A stretch of DNA of 64,000 nucleotides. It comes from Anthoceros angustus (Eukaryota > Plantae > Anthocerotophyta). The notes under the pieces were generated by a model. It did no database searches. It saw only the letters and a program-made list of their open reading frames with translations, and was not told the DNA's origin. The stretch lies in assembly GCA_010909165.1 (NCBI GenBank), contig VJWM01000249.1, positions 62,001 to 126,000 on the forward strand, in the 5' to 3' direction. Below are positions 1-10,625 of the stretch, one piece after another. The stretch's first letter is position 1. Each line of letters begins with the position of its first letter. A program made the translations under genes and the position numbers.

Positions 1-2033
1 GTGATGGATGGCATTGGATTCCGTCTGCAAGTCGCCACCCATTACAAGGATGGGATGACGGAGGTAGTTGCAACTCACCCCTCCTCGTCAAGGTCCAGGC
101 CGACGATGAGACCTCTCAGCTCCTCGGCTTCGATTTTACCGTTCTTGTTCTTGTCGAACGAGTTGAAGAGTTCCTTCAACAATGCGGAGTTGAACTGCTC
201 TCCCTGCCAGTGCAGGCCACCATATCCTTGATTTGCAAGGCGACTTCAAGGACGGTTCTGTACGTACTCTAGTCTGCGAAAGAGGTGAGTTAGCTACCTC
301 GGACACTATTTTGGAGAAGATGCTCGTGGACTTGGATGTGAAGGAAGAAACACCCTGCAACGCCCGAGTCCTTAGGAACTGCAACCGTGCCTCCTGGATC
401 CGCTTCTGTTGGAGCCAGGGTGAGGCCACCTGCTCACAGAACATACACATGCAGCAGTCATGTCAGTGTTGCAAGCACATACCATCCCCGGATGCAAATT
501 GCCAGGACAGTGCGGGGCATGGCATGAGCCAGAGCGAGCACTTGGTAGGCACTGTAAGCAAGCAGGCCAGCGAATGCCAGCAAGGATCCCGCTAGAGCCG
601 CCACTGGGCCTTGTCCTGGCTGCCCATCTATGAGAGGTATCTGGACGCACAAGTAGGGCAGGACCGAGACCGCCATTATCCGGGCTCCCAACCTGGGGCA
701 TGTCAACATAATATTGCACCAGTCACATCTTCCCTCACTTCACCAGCAGCAGCAGCAGCAGCAGCAGCTGATGCCAGTACCCTCACCGCGTTTGGTCGTC
801 AGTTGTAACTCCTGTGCCGTTCAGGTCGAAGCCTCTCGACAGTGTCAAGTCTTTTGCAGTGCCATCAGGGCCCGACAGATCGCAACGCCCGGCAACGAGA
901 GACCCAGCCCACGCCACAGTCAGGATCATAACAGTGGATCCTGCCAGCACTCCCACCCCTACCATCACCTCCTGTTGTGCCTGCTCCCTTCCCCAACCAG
1001 CAAGGTCCCGTTACCTCCCAGTAAGCCAACACAGAGTGCCGAACGAGAGATGGAAGCCTAACCTACCTGCTGCACGCTGCCTGCGGTTCCAGAGACAGAA
1101 ATCAGGAGCGCGTCCGGAAGAGCTCCTAAAATGGGAAGCAGAAGCCCACCCAGGAGCCCCGGATTCATCACCTGCCCACATCCACATGACACAACGTTAT
1201 CACCCAACCCGGCACTGCACCTTCACCGCCCCCTGCATTGCTGCATTGCTGCATTGCTGCATTGCTGCATTCCTGGTGCCTTACCTCCAGCAGGAGCTCG
1301 CTTCCCTCCGAGATGAATGTAGCTGCGGTGAACAGAACGTAGCCGTACACCAGCATGAGAAACAAGTTTCCACCCACAGTTGTGGAACATGGCAGAACGC
1401 CGTACGTTTCCTCACATCCGCACGCTGCTTCTGCACTTGCAACGTCCAGGATGGGAGCAGCTCGCAAAGGCGCAGCAACAGTCCCATATCTGCCATCATG
1501 GCTTCCTTCCGTCCGCAAAATGCTGGCAGTGAATTCCTGGGCTGACCCTCCATGCCACGAGGCAGCAGCTGCTGCAGCAGGACTTGGCTCCCAAGCGGAT
1601 ACTCCAAGCAACAGACTGAGAGCAGCGCAAAGCGAGATAGCTGGTTGGACCGCCCCGGCTGGCTTGTCGTCTGTGCCCGAAGCCAGAGCAGAAGGAATAC
1701 GAGAGCTGGTTGCAATGGCTCTGTGGACAACAGCTTGCCGCTGCCACGGGGCCAGCAATGCAATGTCTTCACACCAGCGGGCAGCCGCAGCGTAGCTGGA
1801 AGGAAAAATCCTGGTATGATTTGAACCCACCGCGGCGCGACTGCCGCCCCCAGTCGCAGCACCAAGCGATCTGCTCACAGAAGGACACCATGTTAGAGCA
1901 AATGCGTGACTGGCAGCCTTCGTCAGCTCAGCTAGGCTGCCACATCGGTGGAGACATGGAGAACTCACTGGATGCCGAGTGTGTCTGAAGCTGACGCCAG
2001 AAGGGGCGTCATCGCCCTTAAGCTCACCAGCAT
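1..2033 (-). CDS. NCL: Na+/Ca2+ exchanger-like protein with EF-hands (multi-exon, 3' end runs off the window)
   Basis: Spliced exons give CEETYGVLPCSTTVGGNLFLMLVYGY...EGSELLLE / VMNPGLLGGLLLPILGALPDALLISVSG / VGVGVLAGSTVMILTVAWAGS..GRCD, plus EF-hand FDKNKNGKIEAEEL near 110-165. The ATG at 2033 with an in-frame intron 1968-1796 is my best start and is less certain than the family call. Confidence 0.88.
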
Positions 2034-2448
2034 TTTAGGAGCCCAATGTATGCCCACAAGCCGTTGCTACATGTATATGTCGTTGCTTCCATAACCCGTA
2101 ACTTATTCCAGTTGTTCCGGGCAAGCAACGAAACGGATAAGGCGGTGATGATCCGAGGAAGGATCGCAGATGGAGCTTTTCTTGTCGAAAAAAAAGCAAG
2201 AAATTAGAAGGGCATTTCATTAGTTTTGAGATGCTTGTAGGTCTACAAAAGGCTTCATGAAGAAAAACAGTGCGCACATCATCTTCTTGAAATCTTTGAT
2301 TTCATAGACTTAAGTTCATCAAAGAAGGCTTGAAGAGTCGTCTTCAGGCCTCTCCCATGAAACGAACCTTCATGGTACCTCTGCCTTGGAACAGACCTTG
2401 GAGTGATTGCTGCTGCTCCCTTGAAACACAACACATAACCTGTAGTCA

Positions 2449-3618
2449 TCACTGATACCCTCCCCTTGAAACATACCTTACTGGGGTCACTGGTGCGACT
2501 GGCATCCGCTGCTCATACTGAATGTGGTTATAGCGGGTGTGACCCTGCTGGTTGTAACGCGTGTAGCAAATCTCAGGTCTGGCTGGTGAGGGAAAGGTAA
2601 GGTCCTCAAGCTTCTTTCCAATATCTGCCACCCGCTGTGTCAATTTTGCCACCTCAGGTCTGTCTAGTGAGGCGGAAGTGAGGTCCTCAAGCTTCTTTTC
2701 AATAACTGATACCCTCTCTGTCAATGTTGCCAACCCCTCTCTAATAGAAGGTCCCACTTTCTTCTTTATTTCCTTCTTCTCTCGTCCCTTCTTGGATAAA
2801 GGACGAGATCTTCGTGCCGACACGTCTGAGTCACTGCTGTCCCCCGAACCCGAGCAGGAGGATCCGATCTCGGATGAATCACTGCTATCCCCCAAATCCG
2901 AGAAGGAGGATCCGCTCTCATATGAATCACTGCTATCCCCCGAATCCGAGCAGGAGGATCCGCTCACGTACTTGCTTTTCTTCTTTTTCCACTCCTTCAC
3001 CCTCTTCTTTCTCTCCTTTTCCTGCTGCTCCTCTCTTTTTCTCTTTTCCGTGTTGAGATAACATGCAATTCCCGCTAAGGTAGGTTGCCAAAGTAGTTCA
3101 CCAACTTCATTCTCTCTCCTGCAGCGCATTCGCTCCGGATATGGTAATTGAGAAAGAGCCCAGGTCACAGATTTTCGGCAGAGTTCTGCCTGTACCTTCA
3201 ACGCGTTAAGCTCCTCCTGAGTCTCCTCCAGTTCAGCTTCACTGTCTGCCTTTGCTGCCTTCACTTCCTCCAGATCTGTGTTTGCTTTGTCGAGAAGACA
3301 TCTTGTTTCAACAATCTCAGCAGAAGCCTTGGCTTCAGATTCTTTTAAAGCTGCCACATCCTTCTCCAACTTCTCGGCTGCTAACGTGGCTGATGCAAGC
3401 TTCACATCAAACTCTTCGGCAGCGGTCAGTTGCTTCTTCAAGTCTTCTATTTCTCGTTTGTTCTCAGCGAGTTCGGCCAAAATGGCTGCCTTTTCGCTCT
3501 CCAGCTTCTCATTGGCCAGCTTTACACCAGCTAGGGCTCCTTCGCACTGGAGTGGCCTCCCGTCACTGCCGCCTGCCTTGGGCCTGTATACCTTCCGGGA
3601 TGGATTACTGCGAGCCAT
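2449..3618 (-). CDS. Orphan chimeric coiled-coil protein with a WEB-derived segment and Ser-rich repeats
   Basis: Intact ORF from ATG 3618 (MARSNPSRK), preceded by a tgcctgcag splice acceptor. About 3185-3550 is clearly homologous to 17554-18084 at DNA and protein level. Confidence 0.6.
   Translation of the reverse strand: MARSNPSRKVYRPKAGGSDGRPLQCEGALAGVKLANEKLESEKAAILAELAENKREIEDLKKQLTAAEEFDVKLASATLAAEKLEKDVAALKESEAKASAEIVETRCLLDKANTDLEEVKAAKADSEAELEETQEELNALKVQAELCRKSVTWALSQLPYPERMRCRRENEVGELLWQPTLAGIACYLNTEKRKREEQQEKERKKRVKEWKKKKSKYVSGSSCSDSGDSSDSYESGSSFSDLGDSSDSSEIGSSCSGSGDSSDSDVSARRSRPLSKKGREKKEIKKKVGPSIREGLATLTERVSVIEKKLEDLTSASLDRPEVAKLTQRVADIGKKLEDLTFPSPARPEICYTRYNQQGHTRYNHIQYEQRMPVAPVTPVRYVSRGGYQ
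2827..2966 (-). repeat. Coding tandem repeat, ~48 bp x3 (SGSSCSDSGDSSDS-like)
   Basis: Three copies of tcactgct(a/g)tcccc(c/a)aa(t/c)ccgag(c/a)aggaggatccg. Confidence 0.85.
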
Positions 3619-4910
3619 AGGTGGTGCTGCAGGCACAACAAAAACGTGATAAAGGATAGACTGAATGTTACCAATAGCAAGCAATGCTGGCGGGGTACCA
3701 GGTCAGTCATTCAACAACGTGCCCAACGACTGTATCAGTGAGACCCTGACATTATGCACTGGATGTGCTGCGCTTGCCTCCCACGTCCCTTGAGCACGAG
3801 AAAGCTCGCAGCAAAACACACACAACTTCCAACATGGCGGGAGCAGGAGTAAGCACGACAAGGTGGGGGCAAGAGCCCGGGAGTGAAAGCAGGATCACAG
3901 TACCAGCCGTGCAACAGATGTCGCGCTTCGTACTCCGGAGGGCGAGTAGAAATCGAGCAGCTAAGCAAGTAAGACGACGCTACGTTCCACGGTGCCCAGG
4001 CGACGAGCACATACCTCTTCTTTCCGTTGACAGATATCGGCGACAGAGCGAACTGGCGGCTTGGTGCCGTAATGTGCGGTGACGGTTCACCTCCATCTTG
4101 TCTAAGGGTGACCTATGGCCCCGTCATGTGCATCAGGCCGTATGCCAAGAGTGACTACGGGCACCATGCGGTCGACAACCAACCTGGGCGGCCTCTGCCT
4201 CTGCTGATCAAGGGAAGCGAGAGCATTGAACTAGTCCAGTATGGCGCCAACGTAGCTGGACTGGTGGTGAAAGGTGCAGACATGTTTCCAGGTGGGGGAG
4301 CTGTGGGCAAAGCAGTGGACCGCGTTGTACAGAATGCGTTCCATACTCATGTGCTGCCTGTTCCTATGGAGGCATTATTATCGGAGTTCGTGAATACAGG
4401 CAAACTTGCATCAAGTGGGGGATGTCATCCGTGCGCTCCCGGTGTTTGTGCAAACTGCGATTCAAAACGATGGCTTCCAAAATTCTTTGATGTCGAAGAA
4501 GGTGACAAATAATTCCGAAAGGATTACAAGCTGTGGAAAGCACGGACAAAGGAAAACCAGGACGTCTGGGCATGTGATGCATGCTAACAACACAGGGAGA
4601 GTCAGCGGAGTATTGCATTGAATATGTGAATTCTGGTTTTATCACACTTCATGATCACTTTGGGAACTTTGATCAGCTGCATACAGCAAAGAGGATTGGA
4701 AGCTATTGCAGTTGCTGTGAGCTAGTTGGAAAACTTGTTTGGAAAAAATGTGTCCATTACTTGGTGCTCGTAGGCGGCTTGTTTGCATCTGGAGTGGCCA
4801 CAACAAGTCTCTTCCTGGAAACGGAGCCCATGCCTCGGCTGCAGCTGGAGCTGTAGCTGTAGCTAGTGAGAACGCTGTTGCAGCGGGCCTGCCTTCTCTC
4901 CACCCAGCAA

Positions 4911-5151
4911 GCTCAGACGCTCAGATATGTACGATGTATGGGCAGGAGAAGTCCTGAGTCCCAGGACAACAATGAAAAAGGTTATAAAGGGAGAGATAAC
5001 ATAGGACGAGGTGATCCTGGGGAAGAGATCATTGCACACATCACATGAAATGCGGGGAGAGGAAATCCCCGGTTTACAACTTGCTTTAGATGCATCCAGA
5101 CTTTGACCTGTAGCGAGAAGCATGTGGCTGTTGTGGAGATCTTGCTGAGAG
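4911..5151. repeat. Dispersed repeat, copy 1 (copy 2 at ~5727-6428 is interrupted by insertions)
   Basis: Shared blocks gatgtatgggcaggagaagtc, aacataggacgaggtg, ggggagaggaaatc and agaagcatgtggctgttgt occur in the same order in both copies. Confidence 0.8.
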
Positions 5152-5458
5152 GCTGGGCACGTCCAAGCTATGTATGATGAGGTGATCCTCTTGGGTTGCC
5201 GGCCCAGACTGCCTGAAATTGGGTCTTCCAAGCTGCTTACACCCGCACGCAGAAATCGTGCCAATTCACCTTGTTCTCATGTCCCGCAGGTACCGTCCTG
5301 CGAAGTGAGAACCGCAAGTGGAAGCGGTGCTGCGAGGAATTGGGCGGTGTGAAATGTCTTTGCCAGAAAACAATTAGAATATATTTTATAGCAGGGAAAG
5401 TGCTCTGATAGTGGTATAAAATTATATTTTAATTGTTTGAAAAATTTGCAAGCAAAGT

Positions 5459-5532
5459 GCTCTGATAGCTCAGTTGGCTAGAGCACCCGTTTAGTAAGCG
5501 GGAGGTCCTGAGTTCAATTCTCAGTCAGAGCA
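5459..5532 (+). tRNA. tRNA-Thr (anticodon AGT)
   Basis: Acceptor stem GCTCTGA/TCAGAGC+A, D arm TAGCTCAGTTGG, anticodon arm CCCGT-TTAGTAA-GCGGG, T loop GTTCAATTC. Upstream TATA-like tract at ~5415 and T5 terminator at 5557-5561. Confidence 0.97.
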
Positions 5533-5745
5533 ATATTGTGTAGACCCCATACCCCATTTTTCGGTTCTCATTTAGTCAGCCCACATGCTGACATGGACAA
5601 TTAAGCCGCTCATTTCCCCATGACTTATTTGTCCACTCCTTGCTGAAAGTCGTCCACGAGGTCTGTTTATCGATAACATTCAAATGCGGTAGTCGTCACA
5701 CGGAAAACCACGCTCATCAGGAATCAAAGCTCAGACATGTATGAT

Positions 5746-5867
5746 TTTCGTTTTTAATTTGGTATTTTGAAAATAAATCAAAACAACCCCGGGGGAGAAA
5801 TCTTCAGCAAGGGTTCTGATTCCCCTATGTTACACATCGTGTCATCCCAACAGGAAGAGACAACAAG
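5746..5867 (-). mobile_element. Short insertion with A-rich tail and 15-bp flanking duplication (putative 5'-truncated non-LTR retroposon)
   Basis: tcagacatgtatgat occurs at 5731-5745 and 5868-5882. Core 5751-5861 is the reverse complement of 50310-50420 with one mismatch. The insert is absent from the paralogous repeat at ~4921. Confidence 0.65.
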
Positions 5868-6138
5868 TCAGACATGTATGATGTATGGGCAGGAGAAGTC
5901 TTGAATCCCGAGAAAACATGTATGATGGATGTATGGGCAGGAGAAGTCTTGAATCCCGAGAAAAAAGGTCGAAAACGGGGACAAAACATAGGACGAGGTG
6001 CTCGTAGGGCAAAGATCATTGCGCTGACATTCAATGTGATCCGGAGAAGAAATCGAGGCATCCAATGTGATCCGGGGAGAGGAAATCGCGGCTGGTACTA
6101 CCTACCTACCTCCTTCTGTACTCCTGCTCCGACATCGA

Positions 6139-6323
6139 ATGTTTTTTGTAGTGAACTTTTTATTCCTGGCTCGACTAGAACGATGCGTGAGAGACTTTAA
6201 CAGAGGTCCTCGACTCTTTCTTTCGTGGGTAAGCGTCCTATCCCAGTAGTTATCCGCCCCATGGACGCTTAACTGCGGAGTTCCAAGAACTTCATGCTAT
6301 GTGTTCAAGTTGTGGCTTGGACC
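6139..6323 (-). mobile_element. Putative 5S rRNA-derived SINE (SINE3-like)
   Basis: GAACTCCGCAGTTAAGCGT is identical to plant 5S rRNA, with gapless similarity through box C. AATAAA plus A-rich tail, and flanking direct repeat (cc)gacatcga at 6129-6138 and 6322-6331. Confidence 0.7.
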
Positions 6324-7604
6324 GACATCGAGTTTTAGCGTGTCAATAGGTCCCTCTTGCGACTTGCTTATTTTGGATGTATCCAGAATTTGGCCTGCAG
6401 CCAGAAGCATGTGGCTGTTGTAGAGATGACCCATTTGGAGCACTTGACTCTATTGTGAAGCAGGTAGTCTAGTCAGTTGGATTATGGTCGGGCATTTGCC
6501 ATGATGACAGAGGTTCACACGACTGAGGTTTTGTAATACAGGATCGCTTCGGAGCTGAGTACGAAGGCTTCAACAGGTTTTTCAGAACACGTCTTTGTGA
6601 CGTATGATCACGTTTCAGCATGGACTCAGAAGTACTGGTCGAACTGTATCCCTTTCAAGCCTTTACAAGTTGTGTTTCGTTTTAAGCTAGCTAGCCAAGG
6701 GCTGCTAAGATCTAGATCATTGCTGCTTTCTGGCAGGATGAGTCATGGAATTGGCTGATCATGTGATCGTGTTCCCCAGGGAACATACCTTGTGCAGGTT
6801 TGTCTCTTGAGTAGGGAGTGCAACTTCAAAGAAAGTGGATGTTCTTCATTCCAGAGTGGTCTGATCGGTATTCATATTGGTTTGAAATTTATGGGAGACC
6901 GAACACTCCATTCGTCATGAACTTTATCTCTGACGTTGGTACAGTTCAGCCCTTTGTGAAGGCTCTCAGATGTGCATGACACAAGGTTCAGCTAGAAGTC
7001 GAATGCTTCTACGTATCTAGAATGCCAATACATGGCAGGAAGTCCTGAATCACGCATGATTGCAGGAGTTCCTGTATATTGAGATGCCAGGTTATGTCAT
7101 TCAGACTGTGGCATCTTGCTGACTTCGCTATCAAAGAGTTCAGACCTTTAAAAGCGCGTATTGTGCTCATCTTGAGACCCCATTTTCCATTTCATAAATT
7201 TGGAGTCGTTTGAGAGAGGCCCTCAAAGAAGCAGTTCCTGGCAAAATTATGCCTTCTACTTCTGGGAACTTACTAGAAGTTGGCCTGCGCTAGGCTGCAG
7301 GTCTTCCATTTTGGTGAACTTTCACATGGAACCATTGACTGCTGTAAAGTATGGGAAAGACAAGTCAGATGGCTTTATGTCCAGACTGTCTCATTGCGTA
7401 CACAATGGCAACTGAGAGTTGGAAGCACACCTTGGATTTTTCTTCAACTTGGATCTTCCACCACTGTCAGCCAGAGTAAACATTGGGCGTGTGCGAGGAC
7501 CGTATCCTTAGCCAGTGGGGTCAGCAGCACAAAAAATACGAATTCGGCTCCCGGCCAGCACAGGCCTTCGCTTGTGTCAATGAAATTCTGAATGCATGTG
7601 AGTT

Positions 7605-9130
7605 TTACTTGGGACCGAGCATCTTCTCAGGCACAACCCACTCGTCAAACTCCTCCGACGACAGGACTCCCAAATTCATAGCGGCTTCCTTCAGAGTGGT
7701 GCCCTCCTTATGCGCCTTCTTGGCCACCGCCGCCGCCTTGTCATACCCTATCTTGGGGTTGAGCGCTGTGACAAGCATGAGAGACTCTTCCATGATCTTC
7801 TTAATCCTAGGCTTATTGGCCTCAATACCCACCACGCAGTTCTTCCTAAACGAGTCCACAGCGTCACCTGTCAGCCTGAGAGAGTGCAACAGAGCATTGG
7901 CCAGCAGAGGCTTAAACACGTTGAGCTCGAAGTGGCCATTGGACCCAGCTACCGTAATGGCAACATGGTTGCCAAAAACCTGCGCACAAACCATGGTGAG
8001 CGCCTCGCACTGCGTCGGGTTCACCTTCCCGGGCATGATGCTGCTCCCGGGCTCGTTCTCCGGAAGCAAAAGCTCCCCGAGCCCGCACCTGGGCCCGCTC
8101 CCCAGCAGCCGGATATCGTTAGCGATCTTCATCAGCGAGGCCGCCAAGGTGTTGAGCGCCCCACTCGCCTCCACAAACGCATCATGCGCCGCCAGAGCCT
8201 CGAACTTATTCTCCGCCGTGACAAACGGCAACCCCGTCTCCCGCGCCACCATCGCCGCTACCGCCGTATCAAACCCCTTCCTGGTGTTCAACCCCGTCCC
8301 CACAGCCGTCCCCCCCTGCGCTAGTTGGTAGAGCCGCGGCAGCGCACACTTCACCCGCTCGATCCCGTACCGGATCTGCGTCACATACCCGCTGAATTCC
8401 TGCCCCAGCGTGAGCGGCACTGCGTCCTGCAAATGCGTCCGCCCGATCTTCACGATTTGCTTGAACTCCTCCGACTTGGCCGCCATCGCCTGCTGCAGCG
8501 CCTCCAGCTTAGGCAGCAGCCGGGTGTGGATCTCCACCACCACCGCGATGTGCATCACGGTCGGGAAGGTGTCATTGGACGACTGGCTCATGTTGACGTG
8601 GTCATTGGGGTGAACCACCTTGGCCCCTCTCTGGCCTCCCAGGATCTCCGCGGCGCGGTTCGCGATCACCTCGTTGGCGTTCATGTTGCTCTGCGTGCCG
8701 CTGCCCGTCTGCCACACCACCAGGGGGAAGTGCGGGTGCAGCTTGCCCTCCGCCACCTCCTGCGCCGCCTGCGCAACCGCCGCGCCGACCTCCGCGTCCA
8801 GCGCCCCCAGCTCCACGTTCACCTTGGCCGCCGCCTTCTTCAAGATCCCGAACGCCTGCACGATCTGCTCCGGCATCCGCTCCCGCTCCCCCCCGATCTC
8901 GAAATTCTGGAGCGACCGCTGCGTCTGAGCGCCCCAGTACTTGTCTGCGGGAACCTTGATCGGGCCGAACGTGTCCCGCTCCTCCCGGTACTGCTGGAGA
9001 TGCCTCTGCTGCTGCTGCTGCTGCTGCTGCTGCCGCAGGCTCTGCAGCCCCCGCCGCACAGCCGCAGCGCCGCCAGGCCGCCGCCATGGCGAGGCAGAAT
9101 GCGTCGACCCACACCCGCTGCGCCCGCCAT
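7605..9130 (-). CDS. FUM1: Fumarate hydratase class II, mitochondrial-type, intronless; one apparent 1-bp frameshift in the presequence
   Basis: Motifs [31 protein letters not shown] and signature [11 protein letters not shown] in one ORF. ATG 9130 ([24 protein letters not shown]) joins in frame if the C5 run at 9048-9052 is C6. Confidence 0.95.
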
Positions 9131-9789
9131 AACCTAAGCCTGTCGCTCAGCTGCGGGCTTCAATTGTTGCTCGCTCCACCCTCGCTCGCCACTTGTTCTC
9201 AACTCATACAACAGCAGCAAAGGCCAGAGTCGACATTCGCCGTGTGCGAGCACCAAACGTCCTTGGGTGCTGTCAAAAAAACATGGGTAATTCGCCCGCC
9301 CTCTTTATCACGTATTTTTCAGGGAACATTTTCTTTCAGCACATTTATTACCTTGAAGGATACTAATGGATATTATCTAGGTCTAACTTAAGCTCTGAAG
9401 ATTTTTTAATCAGCTTTATCAGTTGCTTCATAAGTTTCTTTTCATGTTATTAGTCGACCATGTACATTGGTATGGCATACCAAAGAGACGGGGACGGGGC
9501 ATTTTTTTCACGCGCAAAACTTTTGTTCACACCACACGTCTTTTTGGTGGTTTGGTAACCCAACCGAAATGGGGTACCCCAAAGCGGACGCACCAAAGCG
9601 GCCACTTCGCACTCACTGGTACACAGAAAGGGAACTTACTTTTTTTCCCACACTCACTGAGGTTTTTTCTCGCGCGCACACACAGAAATATTTTTTTTCC
9701 GATAGCGCTCTGTTCCACTGTAGGGTGCATCAGGTGGCTTAGGCAAGCCACCTGACCGTTTTTAGGGTTCATCTCCTAGGAGGGTGGAG

Positions 9790-10625
9790 CAGGATTTAGG
9801 CGGGGCGAGGCGGGGCGGTGGCGGGCGGGGTGAGGCGGGCGGGTCGGCAGGCGGGGCGGTGGCGGGCGGGGCGGGGCGGGGCGGGCGGGTCGGCAGGCGG
9901 GCGGGCGGGCGGCGGCAGGTGCAAAGCGGCGGCGCGTCGAGCGGCGCGGCGCCTCCGGCGGCGCGTTCCTCGAGCGGCGCGGCGGGCGGTGGCGGGCGCG
10001 GGCGGGGTGGCGGGGCGAGCCCGGCCTTCAACGGAAGGTGGGCAGGCGGCGGGGCGAGCGGCGCGGCGGGCGGTGCAGTGCGGTGCAGTGCGGCGGGCGG
10101 CGGGCTGCAGTCGGCGGCGGGCGGCGAGCGGCCTGCGGTGAGGCGGGCGGGCGGCGGCGCGGGCGGGCTGCAGTCAGGCGGTCCACGAAGAGGTCAGCGG
10201 ATCGGCGGGGTGAGGCGGGCGGAGGCGGGCGGGGTGAGGCGGCGGGGCGCGGGCGGGGCGTGGGCGGGCGGGCGGGCGGGCGGGGCGGGCGGGCGGGCGG
10301 GGCGGGCGGGCGGGGCGGGGGCGGGCGGGCGGGCGGGCGGGCGGGCGGGGCGGGCGGGGCGGGCGGGCGGGCGGCAGGCGGGCGGGCGGGCAGGCGGGCG
10401 GGGCGGGGCGGGCGGGGCGCGGGCGGGCGGGCGGGCGGGGCGGGCGGGCGGCGGGGGCGGCAGGCGGCGGGCGGTGCAGGCGGGGCAGTGCGGTGCGGGC
10501 GGGCGGGCGGGCGGTGCGGTGCAGTGCGGGCAGGCGGTGCGGGCGGGGCGGGGTGGGCGGGCGGGCAGTGCGGGCGGTGTGGGGCGGGCGGGTGTGGGGT
10601 GGGGTGCGTGGGCGGGCGGGCTGCA
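9790..10625 (+). repeat. Extremely G-rich low-complexity (GGGC/GGCG)n tract
   Basis: About 830 bp of near-pure G/C with strong G skew on the + strand. Confidence 0.95.

Noticed and set aside
3735-4860. Short ORFs upstream of the chimeric gene
   Set aside because: No recognisable motifs. They may be UTR exons, but I cannot support that.
6237-6283. A functional 5S rRNA gene
   Set aside because: Only the internal promoter region matches; the 5' and 3' helices and the T-run terminator are missing.
7483-9137. Plus-strand ORFs of 200-280 aa
   Set aside because: Antisense shadows of the GC-rich fumarase CDS.
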